64,000 nucleotides of DNA, taken from the NCBI GenBank assembly GCA_041501225.1, contig JBGQNR010000005.1, positions 3,661-67,660 on the forward strand, read 5' to 3'. This DNA comes from Acidobacteriota bacterium (GTDB lineage Bacteria > Acidobacteriota > UBA6911). Position 1 is the stretch's first letter, and every line of letters begins with the position of its first letter. The position numbers were made by a program, and so were the translations under genes. Below, in pieces: positions 17,628-26,741 of the stretch. The notes beneath the pieces are model-generated. The model was not told the origin of the DNA and searched no databases. It saw nothing but the letters and a program-made list of their open reading frames with translations.

Positions 17628-18743
17628 ATGACGCAATCATTCCATCCACCACAGAGAATCCTGCTGGGACCGGGTCCGAGCAATGTTGAATCTCGTGTCC
17701 TGCAGGCTATGCTGGCGCCTCTTCTCGGCCATATGGATCCCGTGTATTTCGAGTGCATGAACGAGGTTCAATCCCTGCTGCGCGCAGTGTTCGAAACTGC
17801 AAACCGCGTGACCTTCGCGGTCCCCGGCACTGGAGGCGCAGGCATGGAAGCCTGTCTCGCCAATCTGATCGAAGCGGACGAAGAGATAGTCGTATGCGTC
17901 AACGGCTTCTTCGGACAGCGCATGGCCGACCTGGCGGCACGCTGGGGCGGCAAGGTTGTGCGGGTCGACGCGGATTGGGGCAAGCCGTTCGACATGCAGC
18001 GCGTTCGCGATGTGTATAGGAGCTCGAGCGCCCGCATCCTCGCCATGGTTCATGCCGAAACTTCCACGGGCATGCGCAATCCCATTGAGGAGCTGAAAAC
18101 GTTGCGGGATGTGCGGGATGCCATTCTGATCGTGGACTCTGTGACCTCACTCGGCGCCCACCCGGTCGGCATCGACCGCAACGGTATCGATGCCAGCTAT
18201 TCCTGCACCCAAAAAGGAATCGGCGCACCTCCGGGACTGGCACCCGTCACCTTCTCCGAACGCGCCCTGGAGAAGATGCGCACGCGCAAAAAACCGCCCA
18301 GAACCTGGTATCTCGACGTGCAGCTCCTCGACAAGTACTGGAACTCGGAGCGGGTGTACCATCACACCGCGCCGGCTTTGATGACCTACGCCATGCGTGA
18401 AGCGCTTGCCATCATTCTGGAGGAAGGGCTGCAGGTACGCTGGCGGCGGCACGAGAGCAACAGTAAGGCCTTCGTGGCCGGCATCGAAACCATGGGGCTG
18501 GAAATGCTGGTTGCGCCCGAGCATCGGCTCTGGTCACTGAATACCGTCAGGATCCCGCCCGGAGTCGATGATGCGCGCGTCCGCTCCCGCCTGCTCAATC
18601 AGCATAACATCGAGATCGGCAGCGGTCTCGGCTCCCTCAAGGGGCAAATCTGGCGCGTGGGCCTGATGGGGACAAACAGCACCGAGAACATCGTCCTGCT
18701 GCTGCTCTCCGCGCTGCGCAGCGTGCTCGCGCTCGAAGGGTAG
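17628..18743 (+). CDS. class-V aminotransferase (alanine-glyoxylate / serine-pyruvate aminotransferase family)
   Basis: [34 protein letters not shown]...[12 protein letters not shown]...HAETSTGM...[13 protein letters not shown] (PLP lysine). Confidence 0.85.
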   Translation: MTQSFHPPQRILLGPGPSNVESRVLQAMLAPLLGHMDPVYFECMNEVQSLLRAVFETANRVTFAVPGTGGAGMEACLANLIEADEEIVVCVNGFFGQRMADLAARWGGKVVRVDADWGKPFDMQRVRDVYRSSSARILAMVHAETSTGMRNPIEELKTLRDVRDAILIVDSVTSLGAHPVGIDRNGIDASYSCTQKGIGAPPGLAPVTFSERALEKMRTRKKPPRTWYLDVQLLDKYWNSERVYHHTAPALMTYAMREALAIILEEGLQVRWRRHESNSKAFVAGIETMGLEMLVAPEHRLWSLNTVRIPPGVDDARVRSRLLNQHNIEIGSGLGSLKGQIWRVGLMGTNSTENIVLLLLSALRSVLALEG

Positions 18744-18836
18744 CATGGCATTTAGTTGATATTCAGCGAGCAGACAAGCGTGCTCTGCGGCCTCTGCGCC
18801 CCCTGTTCCGAAAATAACTCGCCTAAAACTGCAAAA

Positions 18837-18887
18837 GCAGCCACGAATGACACGAACTTCTTATCCATTCGTGTCATTCGTGGCTGC
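18837..18887. terminator. perfect 20-bp hairpin, bidirectional terminator
   Basis: gcagccacgaatgacacgaa (18837..18856) and ttcgtgtcattcgtggctgc (18868..18887) are perfect complements, flanked by aaaa and ttaaaaa. It lies between convergent genes. Confidence 0.7.
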
Positions 18888-18931
18888 CTTAAAAAGGCCA
18901 TTAATTTTCATGCGCACGGGTGCGCGTCATG

Positions 18932-19978
18932 TCACTTGCGAATCACATCCAGCGCAACGATCATCCCATTTGAGAGGGCGGCCAGCGTGCGCCTCGCCTG
19001 CGCCGCGTCTGGCGCATTTGGATGCAACTCCAGGTAGCCATGCAGGTACTCCATAGCCTCGGCAAAGGCCCCTTCCCCTAGCGCAATTTGAGCGAGAAAC
19101 AATTGGGGCGCATCCGGAAAGGCCGGATCAAGTGCCAGCACACGCTTAAAGCGCTCCCGGGCCTGGGCGTAATCGTGCAGGTAGTAGTGGCTCAAGCCGA
19201 GCTGCGCATTGGCTATGGCATCGTCGGGCCCCAGCTTTAGGGCCTTTTTATTTGCCTCCAGCGCCTCCTGGTACCTCCCGATCGCCAGGAGGCTGCCGCC
19301 TAGATTCATCCATCCCACGTGGAAGTCGGGATCCAGCTCCGTAACCTTGGTAAAGCTCCGGATCGACTGCTCATAATCCCCGGCGCGATGGTAATAGGCG
19401 CCCAGATTGTTCCACGCATCGGCATAATCAGGGTAGATCTTGATCGCCTCCTTCAGGTGCTTGACCATCGCAGCCTCGTTACCATCGAGCTGATCCTTTT
19501 CCGACTGCTGCATATGCTGGCGGGCCTCTTTGGGAACCGCCAGCGCGCGTACGTTGACCTGGTGCAGGCCCGTGATTTGGGCGGCCGCCCTGGGTACCTT
19601 CACTTCCTTGGCGAATTGCATGTTCTGCGGATCAGCACCCGGCCTCAAATCGATCGATTCGACACTCCGGCGGCCCCCCTTCCCGGACAAATAGATTCGA
19701 TAAATGCCCGGCAACAGGTTCTTGAAATGAACAGTGTCCCCAACCATGCGCAAGGCCCGTCGCAAAGGCGCGCCCGCCGCATTGCATAGCTCGATCAGCC
19801 AGACAGAGCGCGGATGATCTTCCGGCATGCCCACAATCTTGCAGGTCAACTCAACCGCTGAAGCCGGCCGCTCCTTTTTCTGGGCAAACCCGGATTCGGT
19901 AACACCCCGGGACACAATAGTAATGATGACAAGGATCGCCCCCGTCACGAGGCGCACAGATAAGGGATGCTTCATCAC
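18932..19978 (-). CDS. secreted TPR-repeat protein
   Basis: Signal/TM MMKHPLSVRLVTGAILVIITIV. Several TPR units follow (AWNNLGAYYHRAGDYEQSIRSFTKVTELDPDF, GWMNLGGSLLAIGRYQEALEANKKALKLGPDD, ...). Confidence 0.8.
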   Translation of the reverse strand: MMKHPLSVRLVTGAILVIITIVSRGVTESGFAQKKERPASAVELTCKIVGMPEDHPRSVWLIELCNAAGAPLRRALRMVGDTVHFKNLLPGIYRIYLSGKGGRRSVESIDLRPGADPQNMQFAKEVKVPRAAAQITGLHQVNVRALAVPKEARQHMQQSEKDQLDGNEAAMVKHLKEAIKIYPDYADAWNNLGAYYHRAGDYEQSIRSFTKVTELDPDFHVGWMNLGGSLLAIGRYQEALEANKKALKLGPDDAIANAQLGLSHYYLHDYAQARERFKRVLALDPAFPDAPQLFLAQIALGEGAFAEAMEYLHGYLELHPNAPDAAQARRTLAALSNGMIVALDVIRK

Positions 19979-20191
19979 TGGATTACACCTCCGGCGAGTC
20001 AGCGCAAGGCTTCACTGACAATCTGGCAGCAGGGCTATGCAGATTGACTCATTGATTCCAGGTGCATTCCTGGGTGAGGCACTGTCGAGCGATGATCGGG
20101 GTAAACAGTGTCCAGGCAGGGATGACCTGGATGCCCCTAGCATATTTATTTGAAATTGGATTGCAACAACTTTTTCAGTTCAGGCGAAGAT

Positions 20192-21070
20192 CTATCGAAT
20201 CCAGAGCTTGACCACTTTCGGGCCGTTGCGGATAGTGAGAATATTGGTGGAACTCAGTCTTTTCAGGCTATCCCAGATGTTTTCGATGTCGAAACCCTTT
20301 TTGCGGAGCTCCGCTTTCGTGGGTTCGTCGAGCGCCAGAATGGCCAGCTGAGCAAAACTCATCGGAAAATTCATTTCAACGGTGGGCGGCTTGTTCTCGC
20401 CGTTTTCGAAGATCTGAATATAGAACATCTTGACGGTCGCATCTGTCTGCTTGGGCACGCCTTTGGTCTGTTTCGGCGATTCCGGCTGAGCCAGGGCTAC
20501 AGGATCGATCCGCAGCAGGGCGATCGAAGCGGGATTCACGAGATCTGGCTGCTTTTCTTTGGCCCGGATCTCTTTGAGAACGGGGACACACAAGGCGTTC
20601 AGCTCGCGATCCTTCAAGTAACTGCAACGGATGGCGGCAAAATATCGCACTTCCTTGGTCGGGTTTGCCAATGCCGCAATCAACCGGTTGCGATAGGCAG
20701 TTTTCCCCTGCTCGACAAGAGAGACCGCCAGATCCACGACGGCTTTCCCCGCTTCCGCGGCAAGGAAGGGTTCCTTGGAAAACTTCTGCAGGAACAGTTC
20801 GTAGGCCGGCAGCGCTTCCTCAGATTTGTTCTGCAACCGCAGGCAATAGGCGGAATGGAAATAGGCCTGAGGCAAAAGGCCGCTTTGAGGAAACTCGCGG
20901 ATCAGACGCTGGAAAACCTGGCGCGCTTCTTCCCATTTCTGCTCCATCATCAGGATCTTCGCCTGATTGAGCATCACCTGGTCCTTCGTCGCAACGGAGG
21001 CCCGGAGCATGCCCGCACCCAGCACGACTGCCGTAAGCAGAATCAGCATCCTCAATACCACACTCTTCAT
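20192..21070 (-). CDS. secreted helical-repeat protein, distal gene of the ECF sigma operon
   Basis: Signal peptide MKSVVLRMLILLTAVVLGAGMLRA, then TPR/HEAT-like helices. The ATG at 21070 was chosen because the upstream 16 codons are the CAATCGT repeat. Confidence 0.65.
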   Translation of the reverse strand: MKSVVLRMLILLTAVVLGAGMLRASVATKDQVMLNQAKILMMEQKWEEARQVFQRLIREFPQSGLLPQAYFHSAYCLRLQNKSEEALPAYELFLQKFSKEPFLAAEAGKAVVDLAVSLVEQGKTAYRNRLIAALANPTKEVRYFAAIRCSYLKDRELNALCVPVLKEIRAKEKQPDLVNPASIALLRIDPVALAQPESPKQTKGVPKQTDATVKMFYIQIFENGENKPPTVEMNFPMSFAQLAILALDEPTKAELRKKGFDIENIWDSLKRLSSTNILTIRNGPKVVKLWIR

Positions 21071-21091
21071 TGGCAACCCCCTGGAGGGAGT

Positions 21092-21252
21092 AACGATTGA
21101 CGATTGACGATTGTCCAATGAATGGGGATAGGTTTTTCAATCGTCAATCGTAATTCTTTGTTCATCCATCTCCCCATGTTTATCATCCTCACCATCCATT
21201 CTACGACTGCCGGTCCAATTAGAAGTTGCTTCTCAATCGTCAATCGTCAATC
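21092..21252. repeat. word-built inverted repeat (CAATCGT words) plus a third solo arm
   Basis: aacgattgacgattgacgattg (21092..21113) versus tcaatcgtcaatcgtaatt (21137..21155), with an additional tcaatcgtcaatcgtcaatc at 21233..21252. Confidence 0.6.
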
Positions 21253-21282
21253 CCAACCCCTCTACCGAAATCCCCCCATAAT

Positions 21283-22047
21283 CTACGAGATTCCTGATTG
21301 CATTAGATTAATGCGCAGCAACAGCTGATTGCTTTCGATGAATTGCTCCATGCTGTGGACCGCATCGCCGGTTTCACATTCCTGCGCCATCGACAGGCTG
21401 ACCAGGAAGCTTTCCAGTTCATCGCACAAGGCCTTGGCACGCGCCACATCGGGGACACGCAGTTCGGCATCAAGCATCTGCTTCTCCTGCAAGAGCTGGC
21501 GCGCGCGCGTGACTTCCGACGAAACGTCATATCGGTCGCTCACGCACGTTTTGTCGGCGCTGATAAAATCCAGCAGGAGGTCGTGGCATCCGGAGAGGTA
21601 TTGTGCCGTGGCCTCGCGTGCATAGGCGGTATGCATGCGGGCCAGAAACGCTTCGTTGCCCGCGGCCGCCAGGGCCGGCGCGGGTGCCGGCGGCGCGATC
21701 GCCTGGTAGCGCAGCGTCCAGATCAGTCCGATGGCGAGCGGGAGGATCGCAAGAGCAACACAGGCCCACTTGGCCAGGCTCAGGCCGGCCCAGCCGCGCT
21801 TTCCGTCCTGGAGCAGACCGGCGCGGCTGGCGAGCTTTTCGGGGAGGAGCTGCCATGTCAGATCCTGCTCCGGCGCGAACACTTCAGGATCAGCCAGCCA
21901 TGCCCGGATCCTGCCGATCTCATCAGCCTCCGCGCTGCAACCGGCACAGGCTGATAGATGCTCATCCACCTGGCGTTTCTCTTCCGACTCGAGCGCCCCA
22001 TCAACATAAAGGACGAGCTTTTCCCGGATCATTTCACAGCTAGTCAT
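21283..22047 (-). CDS. anti-sigma factor (zf-HC2 type) with one TM segment
   Basis: N-terminal CEMIREKLVLYVDGALESEEKRQVDEHLSACAGCSAEADEI (HxxxCxxC), a central TM WACVALAILPLAIGLIW, and an 8-nt overlap with the sigma gene. Confidence 0.8.
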   Translation of the reverse strand: MTSCEMIREKLVLYVDGALESEEKRQVDEHLSACAGCSAEADEIGRIRAWLADPEVFAPEQDLTWQLLPEKLASRAGLLQDGKRGWAGLSLAKWACVALAILPLAIGLIWTLRYQAIAPPAPAPALAAAGNEAFLARMHTAYAREATAQYLSGCHDLLLDFISADKTCVSDRYDVSSEVTRARQLLQEKQMLDAELRVPDVARAKALCDELESFLVSLSMAQECETGDAVHSMEQFIESNQLLLRINLMQSGIS

Positions 22048-22651
22048 AAATCAACGCTCCCTTCTGTGCGAGGAGCATACCTTTGAGCCCCATGATCGCC
22101 TTGTGAAGGTTGGATTTGACCGTGCCCAGGGGGCAGTCGAGCAGCGCGGCGATTTCCTCCAGCCTCATGTCGCCGAAAAATCTCAAGGAGACGACCTCGC
22201 GCTGCCGCGGCGGCAAGCGGCGCACGGCTGCCTCGAGCAGACGCCGTCGCTCGAGCTCGTGCATTTGGTCAATCGGGCCTCCTGCCGGGCTTACGGTCAC
22301 AGATTGTTGCGACGGCTTCTCCATTATTTCCTCCAGCGACGAGGTCCGCCCACGGTCGGATCTGCGATAACGATCGATGCTGGCATTGATGGCAATCCGG
22401 TAGAGCCAACCCGCGAATGAGAAGCGGTTTTCCCAGGTGTGGCGGGCGGTATAGACCTTGAGAAAGGTGTCTTGAAGCACTTCCATGGCATCTTCGGGAT
22501 TGCGCACATAGGTGCTGATGACCCGAAAGACCTTTTTCTGGTAGCGCCGGACGAGTTCCTGATACGCATACATGTCGCCTCGCTGGACCTGCTTCATCAG
22601 GTCGTCGGTCTCGCAAGAGGCGGGTTCGTCGGGAATTCCTTCTTGGGCCAT
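22040..22651 (-). CDS. ECF (group 4) sigma-70 factor
   Basis: Region 2 is YQELVRRYQKKVFRVISTYVRNPEDAMEVLQDTFLKVY...WLYRIAINASIDRYR. Region 4 is LPPRQREVVSLRFFGDMRLEEIAALLDCPLGTVKSNLHKA. Confidence 0.9.
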   Translation of the reverse strand: MAQEGIPDEPASCETDDLMKQVQRGDMYAYQELVRRYQKKVFRVISTYVRNPEDAMEVLQDTFLKVYTARHTWENRFSFAGWLYRIAINASIDRYRRSDRGRTSSLEEIMEKPSQQSVTVSPAGGPIDQMHELERRRLLEAAVRRLPPRQREVVSLRFFGDMRLEEIAALLDCPLGTVKSNLHKAIMGLKGMLLAQKGALIYD

Positions 22652-23165
22652 GGAGTTCAGCCGTTATGCCGGTCCGGTGGGTCCACCCACCGCAAATAGA
22701 GTGTCGAAAAGCACACGGTCTTGCCGGCCGGATCAGCCCACGCGGTCAGGCGCATGGGACAAGGATTCTAGGTTGGCAGCCATCGTATCTCCATGCCCAT
22801 TAGGAGCTGGAATTTCTTAGCCCGCATCTTCATCTACGCGGCCGGGTAACATAGGGTTCACTTCGTTCCCAGCACGCTAACCCTTTTTGGAAATCATGGC
22901 AAGCAGGATGCGATCTCTGCCTCGTTGGCAGCCTTATGAGATTGCTGTGGAAAACCTGTGGAAATTTCGTGAGACACTTGTGGTTTTCTAGGGCTTGATG
23001 CTTTGGCTGTGTCTTATTTCATTGCTTTGCAATATCTTACAGCCTTAAGATCCTGCACAGCCGACCCATGATCGTTAACCTTGGCTGTGAAAAACTGCCG
23101 GCGACAGATTTCACGGATCACGGATAGCGGCAGCAAGTTCAGGCTGCCGGCTTCAAGTAATTTGG

Positions 23166-23194
23166 TTGACACCGGCCTGGGTCATTCCTATCAT
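23166..23194 (+). promoter_or_regulatory. candidate sigma-70 promoter facing the glycan locus
   Basis: TTGACA (23166..23171), a 17-nt spacer, then TATCAT (23189..23194). It would give a ~450-nt leader ahead of the ATG at 23653. Confidence 0.4.
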
Positions 23195-23300
23195 GACAGT
23201 TCAGACTCGATCGGCGGGATTTCCTTCATCACTCTGACTTCGCTATGCTTGTGGCTCTGCATCGGGAGGGCGATGCACAATGGGCAGGTCGATCATGCAG

Positions 23301-23569
23301 CCCCTAGAGCGAATGGCACTTAGTTAAGCTTCAGCGAATGAGTTCAGGCAGGTACATCACCCTGAAAGGGTCAAACAGTGAAAGCCCAGGGCGCAAGCCC
23401 TGGGGAAATGGTGCAGTCCGAGTGAAGCCCTGTAAGGGCGGCACAGGCTGTTTCGCCCTTCCAGGGCTCTTTCACTCTTTGTTCCCGCATTCTCCCAGGG
23501 CTTGCGCCTTGAGCTGGCGCTGTTAAATCCCTTCGGGGTTTCTTAACTAAGTGCCATTCGCCCCTAGAG
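23301..23569. mobile_element. MITE with 19-bp terminal inverted repeats and 9-bp target-site duplication
   Basis: CCCCTAGAG (23301..23309) | cgaatggcacttagttaag (23310..23328) ... cttaactaagtgccattcg (23542..23560) | CCCCTAGAG (23561..23569). The 251-bp body has no transposase and contains GC-rich agcccagggcgcaagccctgggg and gcccttccagggc motifs. Confidence 0.75.
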
Positions 23570-23652
23570 CCGCAATCTACGGCGGGCGCCTTTTCCCGCC
23601 GCCGTGAGGGCATGTGGCTCCCTAGCCAGTACCTGGAGGCAGCCGGCAGAAG

Positions 23653-24717
23653 ATGTTGCCGATATCGATGCCAGTAATTCTCGCGTGCATTACCGTTGCC
23701 GCAACTTATTGTGGTGTCGCATTTTTCCGCTCTTGGGCGGTAAGGCGGCAAGTCCTCGATATCCCGAATGAACGCAGCTCTCACACCCGGCCGACACCAA
23801 GGGGCGGCGGTCTGGTCATTGTGGTCGTCACCTTGCTGGGCGGTTGGGTACTCGCCGCCGCCTCCGATCTCCGTTCTATGTGGCTGCCGTACCTGTCGTA
23901 TGCGACAGGGGCGCTTCTGGTCGCGGTGATCAGCTGGCTCGACGATTTGCGCCCACTCCCCAGCTCGATTCGGCTTGGCGTTCATTTGGGCGCAGCGGTC
24001 ATTGTGATTGGGGGTCTTGGCTACTGGCGCACTCTGGCTTTGCCTCTCGTCGGGTCGATCACGCTGGGATGGTGGGGGGCTCTCTTGACGGCCGTCTGGA
24101 TCGTGGGGCTTACCAATGCCTACAATTTCATGGATGGCACCGATGGAATCGCCGGCGTACAAGCACTGGTGGGCGGCCTTGGATGGGCGCTCTTGGGCTG
24201 GAAGACGGATCAATCGCTAGTGAGCGGCCTTGGTCTGGCTACGGCCGGCAGCAGCCTGGGATTCCTGTTCCACAACTGGCCGCCCGCGCGCATCTTCATG
24301 GGGGACGTGGGCAGCGCGTTTTTGGGTTACACGTTGGCGGTTTTGCCTGTGATGTATGGTTTTTTCAGCCAGCGCAGCCCTGGGGTTCCGGTAGTTGGAT
24401 TGCTGCTGGTCTGGCCCTTTGTGTTTGACACCTCTTTCACATTCATCCGGCGCCTGCGCAGGCGTGAAAACGTCTTCGTTTCGCACCGGTCCCATCTCTA
24501 CCAGCGCATGAGCACGGCCGAGACTGGCCATGCCCGGATTGCGCTATTATATTCGGGCCTGGCGCTGGCGGGAGGCCTCCTGGCACAAGTCTGGTCCGCA
24601 CGCGTGGTAGGCGGCGAGGTAAATTGCCTGCTTGCCCTGCCGGTCCTGTGTCTGGGATTATGGATATTTGTGGCAATTCATGAGCGCCGGCGGCAAGTGG
24701 CGCCAAATCGCGCCTAG
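23653..24717 (+). CDS. polyprenyl-phosphate HexNAc-1-phosphate transferase (WecA/WbpL/MraY family)
   Basis: Multi-TM protein with LDIPNERSSHTRPTPRGGG, NAYNFMDGTDGIAG and FHNWPPARIFMGDVGSAFLGY motifs. Confidence 0.85.
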   Translation: MLPISMPVILACITVAATYCGVAFFRSWAVRRQVLDIPNERSSHTRPTPRGGGLVIVVVTLLGGWVLAAASDLRSMWLPYLSYATGALLVAVISWLDDLRPLPSSIRLGVHLGAAVIVIGGLGYWRTLALPLVGSITLGWWGALLTAVWIVGLTNAYNFMDGTDGIAGVQALVGGLGWALLGWKTDQSLVSGLGLATAGSSLGFLFHNWPPARIFMGDVGSAFLGYTLAVLPVMYGFFSQRSPGVPVVGLLLVWPFVFDTSFTFIRRLRRRENVFVSHRSHLYQRMSTAETGHARIALLYSGLALAGGLLAQVWSARVVGGEVNCLLALPVLCLGLWIFVAIHERRRQVAPNRA

Positions 24718-24754
24718 TCACTTTCGAGCGGACCTGAGCGAGGGGAATTCTGAA

Positions 24755-26665
24755 GTGCGTTCGCGAATTTTGAAATATCGCAAGATCATCATCGCTCTCT
24801 CCCAGACTATACTGCTGGCACTTACCTATTACCTCAGCTTCCTGTTGCGCTTTGATTTCAATCTGAGCGCGCCATTCCCAGCGGTCTTCATCGAGACACT
24901 GCCCATCGTCCTCGCGATCAAGCTTGCAACCTTCGCCTATTTCCGGTTGTTCCGCGGCTGGTGGCGTTACGTCGGCATGAGCGACCTGTTCGACATCATC
25001 AAGGCTGCACTCACGAGCGCTTTATTGCTTGTGGGAGTCATCTACATCTCGCGGGGGTTGATTGGTTATCCGCGATCGGTTTTTATCATCGATGCCGTGC
25101 TCACGGTCGTGGTCATAGGCGGGATGCGGTTCGCGGTCCGCGCCTATACCGAGTCGGCGCAGCTGCAGATGGCCCAGGCAAATGCGCTGATTATCGGCGC
25201 CGGGCGCGCCGGCACCGCCATCGCGCGTGAACTCAAGAACAACAATGCCCTGGGGTATAACCTGGTCGGTTTCATAGATGATGATCCCGCCAAGAGGGGG
25301 GAGCGCATCCTTGGCGTCAGGGTTCTGGGCAAAACCGACGATCTGTTGCGGGTAGTGAATGAGCACGAAGTCTCCCAGATACTGATCGCCATGCCATTGG
25401 CCACCGGCAAGCAGATGCAACGGATCATCAATGCCTGCATCGAGTGCAAGGTTGATTTTAAGACGCTGCCAGCGCTGGGAGACGTTATTTCAGGATCCGT
25501 CTCGGTAGGCTTGCTGCGGCGGGTGAAAGTCGAAGACCTGCTAGTGCGAGAGCCGGTGCGCCTCGATTCAGCGAAGATCCGGCAGAAATTTCAGCAAAGG
25601 GTGGTTCTGATTACGGGCGCGGCCGGCTCCATTGGATCTGAGTTGGCCCGGCAGATCGCGCGCTTCGATCCGGAAAAGTTGGTGTTTTTCGACCGGTCGG
25701 AAACCGACCTTCACTGGCTAGACATCGAATTCGCCGAAAAGTTCCCGAAGCTGGCGCGCGTCCCCATTCTGGGGGATATACTGGACGTGAACCTGTTGCG
25801 GGAAGTCTTCTCGACCCACAGGCCGGCATCGGTATTCCACGCTGCAGCCTATAAGCATGTCCCCATGATGGAAAGGAACTGCTTCCAGGCGGTGACCAAC
25901 AATGTTTTCGGCACCTACAATGTTGCGCTGATCGCAGGACAGTGCGGGGTCGAGGACTTTGTCATGATTTCATCCGACAAGGCTGTCAACCCGTGCAACA
26001 TCATGGGCGTCAGCAAACGTGTGGCCGAAATCCTGATTCTCGGACAACAGGAGCGGTCCACCCATTTTGTCTCCGTGCGCTTCGGCAACGTGCTCGGCAG
26101 CCATGGAAGTGTAGTCCCTCTGTTTGAAAAGCAGATCGCCAGCCGCAAACCTGTTACGATTACCCACCCCGACGTCCGGCGCTACTTCATGACCATCCCG
26201 GAAGCCGCGCAGCTCGTGCTGCAAGCCTCCACCATGGGAAAGGGCGGGGAAATCTTCGTGCTGGACATGGGAGAACCCATGAAGATCGTGGATCTGGCGC
26301 GCGACCTGATCAAGCTTTCGGGATTGGAACCCGAGACGGACATCCCGATCGTCTTCACCGGCCTGCGCGCGGGAGAGAAGCTATACGAAGAGTTGAAGTT
26401 CGACATGGAAGGTCTGAAGCCGACTGCCCACGAAAAAATCCGCGTACTCGATGGTGGCATGTCCGATGCCGGACGGGTTCAAGCGTGGCTGGATGAGCTT
26501 GCCGCTATGGTCAGCGCCAAGAATGTTCATGGGCTTGTGACCAAACTAAAGGAAATCGTGCCCGAGTACACGCCGAGCCCGGAAATACTCGAACTTGCCA
26601 AATTGGATCGACACGACGGTTTCGTAGCCTACCAGCAGGCGCGGGCCAGTCTCAAACGCGATTAA
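24755..26665 (+). CDS. membrane-anchored nucleotide-sugar 4,6-dehydratase (WbpM/CapD/PglF family)
   Basis: N-terminal TMs, a first Rossmann IIGAGRAGTAIAREL, a second VLITGAAGSIGSEL, and YKHVPMME...SSDKAVNPCNIMGVSKR. The GTG at 24755 (RBS gagggg) is preferred to the overlapping ATGs at 24632/24680. Confidence 0.85.
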   Translation: MRSRILKYRKIIIALSQTILLALTYYLSFLLRFDFNLSAPFPAVFIETLPIVLAIKLATFAYFRLFRGWWRYVGMSDLFDIIKAALTSALLLVGVIYISRGLIGYPRSVFIIDAVLTVVVIGGMRFAVRAYTESAQLQMAQANALIIGAGRAGTAIARELKNNNALGYNLVGFIDDDPAKRGERILGVRVLGKTDDLLRVVNEHEVSQILIAMPLATGKQMQRIINACIECKVDFKTLPALGDVISGSVSVGLLRRVKVEDLLVREPVRLDSAKIRQKFQQRVVLITGAAGSIGSELARQIARFDPEKLVFFDRSETDLHWLDIEFAEKFPKLARVPILGDILDVNLLREVFSTHRPASVFHAAAYKHVPMMERNCFQAVTNNVFGTYNVALIAGQCGVEDFVMISSDKAVNPCNIMGVSKRVAEILILGQQERSTHFVSVRFGNVLGSHGSVVPLFEKQIASRKPVTITHPDVRRYFMTIPEAAQLVLQASTMGKGGEIFVLDMGEPMKIVDLARDLIKLSGLEPETDIPIVFTGLRAGEKLYEELKFDMEGLKPTAHEKIRVLDGGMSDAGRVQAWLDELAAMVSAKNVHGLVTKLKEIVPEYTPSPEILELAKLDRHDGFVAYQQARASLKRD

Positions 26666-26741
26666 ACCTAATCATGATTTACAGAATCTCTGCGGCCTCT
26701 GCGCCGGGATTTTTCTGACTCTTGATTTCGAGGGAGGAGTG

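Noticed and set aside
20150-21100. 316-aa plus-strand ORF
   Set aside because: It is antisense to the signal-peptide helical-repeat gene 20192..21070. It has no motifs and a low-complexity composition.
16966-21252. CRISPR-like appearance of tandem CAATCGT repeats
   Set aside because: The period is 7 nt with no spacers. The arrays are 2-5 units long, occur as inverted arms, and have no cas genes nearby.
23338-23526. 62-aa ORF inside the MITE
   Set aside because: It lies wholly within the 251-bp element and consists of translated GC-rich palindromic motifs. It is far too small for a transposase.
22652-23652. JUMPStart/ops antitermination element in the locus leader
   Set aside because: No GGCGGTAG core was found on either strand by eye.
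23371-24213. 280-aa minus-strand ORF
   Set aside because: It is antisense to the WecA-like gene and extends into the MITE. Its composition is proline/arginine-rich and it has no domain.
24632-24754. Upstream ATG starts for the WbpM-like gene
   Set aside because: They would overlap the WecA-like gene by 38-86 nt. The GTG at 24755 has a gagggg RBS and precedes the first TM segment, but the choice remains uncertain.
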